Both the position numbers and the translations under genes were made by a program. A stretch of 64,000 nt of DNA from Lepidodermella squamata (lineage: Eukaryota > Animalia > Gastrotricha). Where the stretch lies: the NCBI GenBank assembly GCA_047495785.1, contig JBLDXI010000054.1:2728001-2792000 (forward strand), written 5' to 3'. The notes below the pieces were generated by a model, which did no database searches, had not been told where the DNA came from, and saw only the letters and a list, made by a program, of their open reading frames with translations. Below are positions 26,934-38,274 of this stretch, piece by piece. Positions within the stretch are counted from its first letter, which is position 1, and each line of letters begins with the position of its first letter.

Positions 26934-27775
26934 TAACTTTGCATCCCGCATCAACTGCGGGACGGTGAGGATTAAGTGAACTGAAGGCATCCCGTACCGT
27001 CCCGCAGTTCATCCCGCTGTGCATCCCGCACATCCCGCAGCTCATCCGGCACCTCATCCCGCACATCCCGCAGCTCATCCCGATCGTCCCGCAGCTCATC
27101 CCGCAGTGTCATCCCGCACTTCGAGCGTATGAAATAAATAAAAATCGGACGCTGGCGGGAATCGAACCAGTGACTGCAATCACCAAACGCGCACACTAAT
27201 CGATTGCGCCACCGGTCGATTCACTATAACATATACAGAACAGCGATACTTATATCGCGCTGTATTTACGTGAAATTAAGTCAGACAAATTGGAGTGCGG
27301 CCAAGGCCAAAATCGCGATTTCTGAAGCCGATTTCGATACGATCGGCGGCGAATTGGGACATCGGCCGCTGATAGTTAGTACAGAATTTTGAGGGCTATC
27401 CGCCGACATAAGATTTATTGACCGGCGATACTTGGTTCGCGCTGAAATTGCGTGCAAAGTCAGTCAAATTTCAGCTGCGCAGATATGGCGGCATGAATAT
27501 TTTTATTTTATTATCAGAGGTTCGAGTGCGTTGATTCATATGTTCAAGCCTGACGGCTTGACGGGTCGGATAATCGGTCGTAAAGTGTTCATCCCGCACT
27601 TCATCCCGCAGGTCATCCCGCAGGTCATCCCACACTTGGGCGGGAAGCTGCCGGACACTTGCGGGATGCACTGCGGGACGTCCCGCAGTATGTGCGGGAT
27701 ACAACCCGCAGCATGTGCGGGATACATCCCGCAGGCCATCCCGCACGTCCCGCACTCTTGCGGGATGCAAAGTTA
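26934..27775. mobile_element. MITE with ATCCCGCA subterminal tandem repeats and an internal tRNA-derived segment
   Basis: 17-bp TIR taactttgcatcccgca / tgcgggatgcaaagtta (TA or TATT target duplication); arrays of (a)tcccgca and tgcggga units; A/B-box-like segment at 27140-27217 (-). Confidence 0.75.
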
Positions 27776-28122
27776 TATTTCTCTGAGCTTTCAATCTGTC
27801 ATTCATTCACTTCATTTTATTGGCGGCAACTTGTTCTCTCTGCGAGCCAAGCAAACAATAAATCCACCATATTTTTGAGATCTTCATTGTTTTTTATTGT
27901 TTTAACCGGTCTTAAGAGATGACAAATCGCTATTACGCAGGAAAACATGAAAAACCGTCAATTCGTCCTTTTCTCCAATAAGTTAAAATGCACACACTTC
28001 AGCCACAACTTTAGCGCATAAGGAAAAATAACACATGCAATTTTTGAGGTCACAACTAATAAATGCTAGTTGAACCTAGTTTAAGTGGAATACTTGAAGT
28101 TTCCTTTGCATAGGTCCAGTGT

Positions 28123-31100
28123 CTAATTGGTGATGCCAAGCCGTTTCTTCATGCTCTCAGGCATTTCTGGTGGCGGCGGACGCGGAATACCAAAGCCGAC
28201 CTTAACCGCGTCATAGACGAACCACTGCAGGGCAGTCAGAGTACCAATCATGATGATACGAGGGGTCAGACCCTTCCACATGCCCAACAGGCCCATTCGT
28301 TTCGCAACATCCATAAAGGTGCTACCCTTGTCCTTATTCAAAATCGAAACAATGGTATCGGCCGGGAGGGAGACAATTGCGCAGAAGACACCGGCAATGT
28401 AACCAGCCCCAAAGGTAACGGTCAGCTGCTCGCCCTTGGTGCAATCAGCACGAGGCTTGGGCACAACGTATTGGTAAAGGGCCTCGAGGGTACGTTCGAA
28501 GCAGGCGAATTTCATCATGGTGTATGGGATCTGACGAGCCCAGAGCGGGACAAGGCCCATGTACAGACCACCGAGGCCTTCCTCCTTGATAATCCGAGGC
28601 AGACCCCCGCGGAGGGTGGTCGACCATCCGGGTTTCGTTTGAATGCGGACCTTGACAGCCTCCATCGGGCATAAAGCAACGTCGGCGATGACTTCGGCCG
28701 AGGCTGAAGCGGCGAGATTCACCCAGGTACGGTGGCTGTAAGCAGCTTCCTCGCCGATAAATTCCGAGTACTGGATCTTGAAATACTCATAGAAGCCGTA
28801 CTTGCAGAGGCCTTGTAGGGAGTATCCAATTGCTGGCGGGGCCCAACCGCGACCAAGGCTGGAGACACGACTGAAACCTTGAATCCCTGGAAGATGCCTT
28901 TGTAATTAGCAGGGTCAACCTAAAAATTAGACAAATAGTAACATCCACAGCATAGCATTGGAAAAACATAAGTATTTCGAATAGGGTGATTTTGGGCATT
29001 GGGTTTACTTAGACTTGGGAAAATTAAAGTGGGGTGAATTTGAGATTATTTTCTGAGATGACTGACCCATTCTGACACATTCAAGAAACAGACTCCTGGA
29101 ATGCCGCTGTTGAAAGCATTGGCTTTTGTTGATAACACAAAAGACGGCTCAAACCGTGACGGCAGCCCCAACAAAACTGGGATATTGCAGGACGCTGAAG
29201 GTGATCAGATCCGCTTCTGCGCTTTTGGGGATGCCGCCTGTCAAGCGGTATCGAATTCTCAAAATAATTTTCTGACCCATTCAGAGCCCACCCGCCGCTG
29301 CCGTGTGACCAGAGTTTTTGAGTTACTAATTTGATATGGTTGGTTCTGATTTCTGAACAACAGTCGACAAGCGACCCGGCGGATATGAACCGCACGATTT
29401 AGGCGGCCCAATTCTGAATTCTCTACCGGGGGTCCCCATTCGGGGGTAAGTCTGTCTCGCTGGACAGCCGCTTCACGAAGATACGTGTGTCTAAGGAGAC
29501 CAAGGCTGTTGTGCCCGACTATCTTGACCTCATCCGTCAATGATCTGAGAGATCTGAGAGACCTGTTCTAAATTATATTAATGGAATAAAATAATATAAC
29601 AGTAATTTGTGACCTCTTCACTTACAATTTAGAATTTAAAATTCACCGGCTAAGCAATGTTATTTCGTATGGGATCGGTTCCCCCCGGCGCTACTGCAGC
29701 AGCTCTGCTGCTGCTGTTGCCAATAGACGCGAGTTGACAGTCTCGATTGACAGTGTATCGAGAAGGCAATTGCTGGACAACCGCACACCATGCTGAGCGA
29801 GCCAATTATGGCAAAAAATGGAAGACAAACTTTTAAACGTTGCGCCGAAAGAAGCCAGTGAGGTGCACGAAATGCTTGCTGGGCAACTCTCCAGCCTGAA
29901 TGTCGAAATCGAGGCCTGTGATTGAGGGCAATTGAAGTCGCGAGAACTGCTTCAAACTGCCATCAAGATCTTGACAGCTTTCGACGTGACTCCTGAGCAC
30001 TGATGGGAAAAACTGCGGTGATATAGTCTCCGACGATTGAGACCGCTGTGGTAAGCTCTTGATGCTACAGTAGGAAAGGCTTCCAACCATATCATCAGTT
30101 TGGTGTCCGTGGCAGGAGATCGACAGTCGACCCGTTATTTAGATTGATAAGTAAAACGTAGATTGGTCTCAGATTTCCTAGGAGATCGCTCATTTTCTGT
30201 TAGAATAGATCAGGGCTTCTCAACCTCAAGCAATCGGCGACCCACAGAAAAAAATTTCTTTGGGTCCGCGACCCCTGGGTCATTTTATTGAATTTTTAAT
30301 AATAACCCCCAATAAAATAAAATATAATAAAATGAAATAACAACCAAAAAACCACAGGGGGGACCCTTTGGTCATAAAATTGGGCCCGAAAATACCCCCA
30401 TGTTCGAGGATCCTACTTCGCGCACTGCTCTCAATTCCTCTCAAACACTATTACATCATCATATTCTCAATACTCAAGAAGTACCAATCATAAATTTAAT
30501 CATCCTTCACAATTTTTCTTGCGACACAGCAAGTCGAAACGCGGCTCAGGGTGCGATCTTGGATCTCGGAGCTGCCAGGGATAAAACAGTTTTTTGCTGT
30601 ATTTGCAAAAACCTGTACTGAGGTACTTTTTAACTGAAAAGCGAGCGAAGCGAGAAACTTTTGAAGATTTCCACTAAAACACGCTCCAAAACCTCTCAAA
30701 ATTAACAAAACAGTGGGATAAATACTCATTTTGTTGTCTGGCCCCGCCGAGCTGGGGGAAGATCCCCCACCCTCCACGATTGGTTGACCAATCAGCAAGC
30801 GCCTTGGAGTTATTACTATTTAGCTCAAGCACAACGCCATTGGATTCTTGACCTCTAGATCTAGACGGACAGGGCGCGCTATTTGGCCGCTTGAGTTGGA
30901 AATAACCTTTGATAGAGCTTGCCATGTGTTAAAGAAATGAAAAATACCGATGAAAAATAGAGAAAACATTAAGATTGAGCACGCGATTTCACGTACATTC
31001 AGGATGTTTTCCTCTCTAGAAAAAACTCAAATCGACCCCCGCGACCCTTGGAGAAGGTCCGCGACCCCTCAAAAATTGGCCCGCGACCCCCGCGGGGGTC

Positions 31101-32639
31101 GCGACCCACCGTTTGAGAAGCGCTGGAATAGATAATAACGAGTCAGATTTTTCCCAGAACAAATGCGGAGTCCCGCAAGGGAGCCCGCTATCAACTTCTG
31201 TTGTTCATTTTTCACTTCTGACATTGCGAACTCAATGACGCATTTGCACCCGGGTCAGCGGCTCGAGCGACGTTCGCCGATGACGCGCTCAACTGGTCAA
31301 CAGCGAAGTCCTATGGCGCAGCCTGCCGACGATTGGAAGACAAGCTGCGGGGAGTTACTTCGTGGTGCGACAAGTGGAGACTGGAGCTGAATCTGCTCAA
31401 GTGTGAAGTCTTGATCTGGTCCACTTGATAAATTTAATATTTTTCAGTTTATATTTTTTTTCTTGCAGTCCTTCGTTTCCTTCAATATCGTTTTCTTCAA
31501 TATCCATTATAGACCGCTACGCCGAGACAACCACCTCTGGAAATTCAGCTCGGCGACATTGACTGGACTCGACATGACGGGCTGCTTGGCGCTGTCATGG
31601 CGGCTGAGGGGTTGCGTTGGCGAATTTCTCAGTTTAAGATATGTCTCGCCCTCTACTTGCTCGACGCGAACCCTAATAGAGTTTTTGGCAAATTGGACTA
31701 TGCACGAATCGCCGATGTTATTCGCGGTTCATACACCTGGTTTTTAACTATCCCCGGTGTCGACAATGAACATAGAACAAGAATAGCAATAGAATTGTCC
31801 CGAATCGATACTTTTCGAAAGTGGCAGGCTAAAGAATTATTTTGGCCTTGAACTTTTTTAGGGGTTGAAAATTTAGTAGCCCGGGCTGCTATTGGAACAA
31901 ATACGGTAATTTGTACATCGCAGGTACAATTTCAAAAAGCTACAATCGGTAAATCTCGTCGAGCACAATGCCGTAAGACTCTAAGCGCTGCATCTGGTCA
32001 TCCAGCAGATGGGAGAAAATGTCGTAAAAAGGTCCAAGTCACAACTGAAAATGCGACTATAAATATGATAATTCTGATCCAACAAACCAAGCTGTCTCTC
32101 AAACTGGTTCAAACGGCGATCGGGCGCGGTGCCGAACGATGCTAACATGGTGCCAGACATGAAATGGCCACCGAATAACCCATCGCTGTTTTCTGTTTTC
32201 ATTCTAATCAATCTCTCCTCGAAGCAGCATGTTCTCGTGCACGGTTTTCACCCATTGGCTGCGCGAAGACCGCTACTAGTTTCTTTTCGCAAATCGGGAG
32301 CGTGCCTGTAACGTTCGCTATTACCATTTACGCAAATGGAACGTCTAACATATAGCTTTAATAACGTATAACACTCAAAATGACAGATCTAAAGTGTAAG
32401 TTTTTTCTATTTCTACTTGAAAATTTACGTCTAATCTATCGGAAAAATGCTGACCTGGATACGGCATTTGACTATGTCGAGCGGGACGATAGCAGTGTGA
32501 GTAATACCGCAAGCTAGAATGCCACCAATACCGCATAGGGCGATGTACTTGTTCGAACCGAATTCGCAGCTGTACTGGTTCTTGTCACCGGGTTCATCAA
32601 CGGATGCATCAGAGGGCGTTTTGTACTTACAGGCTGCAT
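28123..32639 (-). pseudogene. Mitochondrial phosphate carrier pseudogene (psiPiC-B) with an expanded intron
   Basis: Exon 1 32639-32455 (MQPVSTKRPLMHPLMNP...) has a 37-bp deletion relative to PiC1; intron 32454-28920 (~3.5 kb); exon 2 28919-28123 has a 10-bp deletion near 28867. The two frameshifts do not compensate. Confidence 0.85.
30211..31125. mobile_element. hAT (Charlie-like) non-autonomous element
   Basis: TIR cagggcttctcaacc / gtttgagaagcgctg, exact 8-bp TSD gaatagat (30203-30210, 31126-31133), subterminal gcgaccc repeats. Confidence 0.9.
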
Positions 32640-32993
32640 TTTAGATCAATTAATTACTTGTTCAATAAAGACCTAAAATTATCAAAAATTATCAGAAACA
32701 TATCACGTTAATTCGGTTGAGCGAGAAATTTAAAAATTTGGAAAATTTGAGCCGACGTGATGCGAGTTTCTGAGAAGTTTCAAGAGACATCAAAGGACTT
32801 TAAACCCGGTCACTTCTTTCAATTTCTAGATAATATTCCGAATTTCCGAATTCGCGTGTTTTACTCGGAAACGCATCCCATCGCCTCCATCTCAATTTAC
32901 GATGAGCAATCTGACTGACAGAGCTGAATTCAACCCGGATATTGATAATATATTATATTCCAAATAAAGATTTGTATATGATTTGAAGATTCA

Positions 32994-33170
32994 GTGTAAG
33001 TTCGTACCGGAAAATTCATATCGTGGTCATTTCGTACCAATATAAATTCATATCGTGATTCTAATCCTCGCATTGCTTTGGGTATGAAAAAATCACTAAA
33101 AATGTTATGAAAGGTCACCACTTTTGGTACGAAATGACAGCGGTACGAAATTGCGGGTACGAAGTTACAC
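32994..33170. repeat. Small foldback element with TTCGTACC repeats
   Basis: agtgtaagttcgtacc ... ggtacgaagttacact with additional inverted ttcgtacc/ggtacgaa units. Confidence 0.5.
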
Positions 33171-33388
33171 TTTACCATTTGAAAAAACAACACAAAAAAT
33201 TGGAATACGCAAAACTTTACTGAATTTAAAATTCGTTGCGCAGCTGAGAAATCAGACCATATTTTTGGCATTAATTTTCATACAATAACCACCAGTCGAC
33301 TGTGAAAACAACTCAAACCAGCCAACTATAAAAAATGTGTCTTATTTTTCAAGCAGTTTCAAAGCGGTATCAAAAGAAAGTCGATTGT

Positions 33389-34604
33389 TCAACTGGAAGC
33401 TGACGTGACATTGAGTAGTAACTCGCCATCGCCGCCATTTGCAGAGCCATTCAAGCGGGACGGTGTGCGTGACTTAGCAAAAGTAGGCGGCGTTCCATTG
33501 CGAATCGCGTCCATCGTTATCGGTTCAGAACTCTGCTTATTTTCAATCATTCGAAAATGAGAGTAAGCAATAACTCCGAGGACTGTCAGCGAGACACCGA
33601 TTAATTGCCGCCAATTGACTGGTTCGGAAAAGGTGAGCCAACTGACGACGATGATAAGCGCGAATTTGGCATGGCCGACGTAATTGTAAGTCAAAGGGCT
33701 GGTGTTGCCGATTATCCAGAAAATGCTCAGATTGACTACGAATGCGATGAGGCAGGATAAGAGGACTAAAAGCTGTAAACAATTTAAAAAATAGAATAAA
33801 TTATAAAATAAATATGTATAAAATCATATCAAAATCACAAAATAAAATTTCAAAATTCTTAAAATTCCAACTTAAAATTTTACATTTTTTTTGAAATTTG
33901 TCTAAGATTTTCCAAAAGTAACTTACAATGCAAGTTGAAGGCCACCATCTGAAAAGACCATGGCCAGCGTCGACTGGTTCAAGAAACGGGAAAATTGCGG
34001 TAAGCATGAACCCTGACATCGGAGCTTGGTACAGCAGCAATTGCATGGAATCCATCTGCAGCTCCTTTTGCTTCTCCGAGACTAGAACTTGGTAGATGGA
34101 GGTGATGACTACAGCGGCTAGGCCGAAAATGATGCCGACTTTTCTGAAAGCTATGTCGTAGTACGAGTACAAAAACACACCGCCAATGATTGGAATGGCT
34201 GTAAGTTGCGATAGCACCGAAAATTTTCGATTGTAAACCACTTGGCTGATGATAACCACGCCGGGGGTTGTTAACGTTTTCAGCAGTTGATAGGTTCCGA
34301 CTTGGTTCAATTCAAGGCTCAGATTGGTCAAGGCGACGAACCCGCAAAACGAGATGCAGAGTGGAATGACTGAAACTGGAGATACGATTTTGCGGGCGAA
34401 CATTCCGAGCCAATTTCCAATTAACAAAAACAACCCAGTTGCGTAGAAATGAAGCGCCGTAAGTGTGAGGTTCGGAAATCCATATTGCGTAAATAAAATT
34501 TTGTTGATAAAAACGATTCCAACAGACGAGGCGATATTGATGGCGATCCAAAATAACGTTAGAATAGGGGAAAGTTGACCCTTTGAACTCCTCAAATTCT
34601 TCAT
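33389..34604 (-). CDS. SLC35E3: Solute carrier 35 member E3-like (TPT/nucleotide-sugar transporter family)
   Basis: Exons 34604-33927 and 33772-33389; motifs NIASSVGIVFINK, FCGFVALTNLSLELNQVGTYQLLK, QLLLYQAP, SPLTYNYVGHAK. Confidence 0.88.
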
Positions 34605-35214
34605 TATAAAATACACTAAAATTCGAAAAATTCGAAAATAAAAAAATCCACCTTAAAAACGCGAATTTGGCAACCATTGTCATTTATTCAGGCAAGTCTT
34701 CTCATCACCTTAGTCTCTACACCGAGTATAGAAATTCTATAATTTAAGACCGTTGCACAACGCTTTTTTCTGCTTGGTTCAAAATGGCAGCCGAATGTAT
34801 ATATAGTGATCTTTCTTCATTTGCTCTGGAAATGTGAAACACGACAATAAATCATCGCGTGGGAATCATTAAAAGAACGTGCGAGATACACACACAACAC
34901 AGCTCATCACACAATGGCAGGTCACCGCGTATAATAATACGAGTCTTGCAATCACCCTCGTCACACCTAAAAAGTGTCATGATTATATATAACGGCCGAT
35001 GTCATTTCTTAGAGTAACCGGTTTTTCGAACTAGTGCACAGATTATTAAGATTCTTGCGCAGCAGAGAGTAGAAATAAGTCGAACACAACTAAATTGTTT
35101 ATCATCAACCTAAAAGCTCAATAATAAAACGCAACAGGAAAAACTAGCAGACGCCACATTGCGTCTCTTCGCTCTATGTCAGTTCTCATTCTCATTCGAT
35201 TTCTTTGCATCGGT

Positions 35215-36594
35215 CTAGTTGGTGATGCCAAGTCGTTTCTTCATGCTCTCAGGCATTTCTGGTGGCGGCGGGCGGGGGATGCCGAGGCCAACCTTGACAG
35301 CGTCGTAGACGAACCATTGAAGGGCGGTCAGAGTACCGATCATGATGATACGGGGGGTAAGACCCTTCCACATTCCGAGGAGACCCATGCGCTTGGCGAC
35401 GTCCATAAAGGTGCTACCCTTGTCCTTGTTCAGAATGGAGACAATTGTATCAGCCGGGTGGGAGACAATTGCGCAGAAGACACCGGCGATGTAACCAGCG
35501 GCGAAGGTAACAGTCAGCTGTTCACCCTTGGTGCACTCAGCACGAGGCTTGGGCACAACGTATTGGTACAGGGCCTCCAGGGTACGTTCGAAGCAGGCGA
35601 ACTTCATCATGGTGTACGGGATCTGACGAGCCCAGAGAGGGACAAGGCCCTTGTACAGACCACCGAGGCCTTCCTCCTTGATAATACGGGGCAGACCCTC
35701 ACGGAGGGATGTCGACCATCCCGGCTTGGTCTGGATACGGACCTTGACGGCCTCCATCGGGCAGAGGGCGATATCGGCAATGACTTCAGCCGAGGCGGAA
35801 GCAGCCAGGTAGAGCCAGGTGCGGTGGGTGAAGGCAGCCTCTTCGCCGATCAAGTTGCCGTACTGGATCTTGAAGTACTCGTAGAAGCCGAATTTGCAGA
35901 GACCCTGCATCGAATACCCAATGGCGGTCGGGGCCCAACCGCGACCAAGGCTGGTGACACCACCCTCAGCGACTGAAACCTTAAATCCCTGGAAGATACC
36001 CTTGTATTTACCAGGATCGACCTGTTAAAAAATTACAAAAAAATTATAAATTAAGGAGGATTTTTTTAATTAATATAATAATTTAATTTACCCCGGGGCA
36101 AACTATCCCGCCAGATATTCAATTATTTTGCTGAAATCATGCCAGTATATCAACGTCAAACAAAAATATCAATGTTTAAGCGACATTGCAGTCGAAAAAT
36201 TGTAACATTTAAGGACGGAACCCCACTAGAAATTTGAACTCGAGTTGATTCAGGGGACTAAAAAAGTTGAGGCTCGCCAATTTCGGTCTATAAAATTGAT
36301 CCGCCACTATTCACTTGCAAACGGATAATTTAAAGACGAAATGATCATATATTCAAGTAAAATACTGACCTGAATACGGCACTTGACGATATCGAGAGGG
36401 ACGACGGCGGTGTGGGTGATACCGCACGACAGGATGCCACCGAGACCGCAAAGGGCGAAGAACTTGTTCGAACCAAACTCGCAGCTGTACTGGCTCTTGT
36501 CACCGGGTGCACCGGCAGCCTCGCAGCGGGCGGCCAGGACCGGGTTCATGATCGGGAGCATCAGAGCGCGTTTTTGAGTACCTTCGGGCTGCAT
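35215..36594 (-). CDS. SLC25A3: Mitochondrial phosphate carrier, copy PiC1 (~343 aa)
   Basis: Exons 36594-36370 and 36021-35215 (348-bp intron); SCGITHTAVVPLDIVKCRIQ|VDP, GWAPTAIGYSMQG, RQIPYTMMKF, MIGTLTALQWF. Confidence 0.95.
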
Positions 36595-36994
36595 TTTGAT
36601 TAGCCTTAATTACTTAGACTTAGTCTAAAACGGCCTAGAAATTGACAAAAAATACAAGTTGAATAATACTTTACTTCGAGGTAAACTCCGCAGGTTTTTC
36701 GCTGACTATAAAATAAATAAAACTCAGATGAGTAGAGGGTTTGATTGTTCGAGACGAAAACTAGTACAAAATAACAAGATCTGCTATGGTTTGTTCAGAA
36801 CAACTCGGAGCTACAATCACACACATGAGACAGGCGTAGAGACAGGAAGCACTAGTCGAAAACCGGTTCGGATGCCGCAATGGGCAGTTGATAATTTCAT
36901 CGAAAAATAAATTATTTAAAACAAGCTAGCACTTTGGAACAATAATAGCACTCTAATTCACGTTCAGAAAATTCGTAGTTGAACCTTCGATAGT

Positions 36995-38111
36995 TTAGTG
37001 ATGACCGCCGGCAGCTGGGACTGGACCGGTAATACCAAGACGTTTCTTCATGCTCTCAGGCATTTCAGCCGGGGGTGGGCGAGGAATGCCCATACCCACC
37101 TTAACCGCGTCATAGACGAACCACTGCAGGGCAGTCAGAGTACCAATCATAATGATACGTGGGGTCAAGCCCTTCCACATGCCCAACAGGCCCATTCGTT
37201 TCGCAACATCCATAAAGGTGCTACCCTTGTCCTTGTTCAAAATCGAAACAATAGTGTCGGCCGGGTGGGAGACAATTGCGCAGAAGACACCGGCAATGTA
37301 ACCAGCGGCGAAGGTAACGGTCAACTGCTCACCCTTGGTGCAATCAGCACGAGGCTTGGGCACAACGTATTGGTACAAGGCCTCCAGGGTACGCTCGAAG
37401 CAGGCGAATTTCATCATGGTGTACGGGATCTGACGAGCCCAGAGGGGGACAAGGCCCTTGTACAGACCACCGAGGCCTTCCTCCTTAATAATTCGAGGGA
37501 GACCCTCGCGGAGGGTGGTCGACCATCCGGGTTTCGTTTGAATGCGAACTTTCACGGCCTCCATCGGGCACAGGGCGATGTCAGCGATGACTTCGGCCGA
37601 GGCGGATGCAGCGAGGTAGAGCCAGGTGCGGTGGGTGTAGGCGGCTTCTTCTCCGATGATATTGCCATACTGGACTTTGAAGTATTCGTAGAAACCGAAT
37701 TTGCACAGGCCTTGCATGGAGTAACCAATCGCGGTCGGGGCCCAGCCACGTCCCAAACTCGAAACACCACCCTCGGCAATCGAAATCTTGAAACCCTGGA
37801 AGATGCCCTTGTATTTGCCAGGATCGACCTAAACAATCGAAGAATGGTTATTAATAAAATCTACCTTAATAATTATTTATTACTTGGATACGGCACTTGA
37901 CGATATCGAGAGGTACAACAGCCGTGTGGGTCGTTCCGCACGAAATAATGCCGCCGAGACCGCAGAGAGCGAAAAACTTGGGTGAGGCGAACTCGCAGCT
38001 GTACTGCTCCTTGCCGGTCGGCTTAGCACCGGCAGACTCGCAGCGAGCGGCCAAGACCGGGTTCATCAACGGGTGAAGGGCACGCGGCTTGTTATTGACC
38101 TCAGGCAGCAT
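36995..38111 (-). CDS. SLC25A3: Mitochondrial phosphate carrier, copy PiC2 (~353 aa)
   Basis: Exons 38111-37884 and 37828-36995 (55-bp intron at the same codon as in PiC1); same carrier motifs. Confidence 0.95.
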
Positions 38112-38274
38112 TTTTTCGCGAGACGAAATTACACTTAAACGTCTAGATTAATAAATTTAATAAACCGGTGATTTAACATTGATGTCAAGTGTCAAGCAAT
38201 ACAATCACAGCATAAATTAAAATTAAAATAAGCTAGCAATCGTTGTAATCGAAAAACGACAACAATGTCGTGAA

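Noticed and set aside
22245-27217. Functional tRNA genes at about 22250-22330, 22545-22625 and 27140-27217
   Set aside because: A/B boxes are present but there is no complete cloverleaf or acceptor stem, and all lie inside TIR elements.
26980-27760. ATCCCGCA repeats as a CRISPR array, or Cys/Met-rich ORFs (MSCGM...)
   Set aside because: Short degenerate units without unique spacers, no cas genes, eukaryotic context; explained as MITE subterminal repeats.
30100-30125. tggtgtccgtggcaggagatcga as an LTR primer-binding site
   Set aside because: No adjacent LTR pair or gag/pol sequence is recognisable, and the spacing does not fit a tRNA 3' end exactly.
35176-37900. Long + strand ORFs (266 and 300 aa) antisense to the PiC genes
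   Set aside because: Mirror frames of codon-biased PiC coding sequence; they recur opposite each copy and have no independent protein features.
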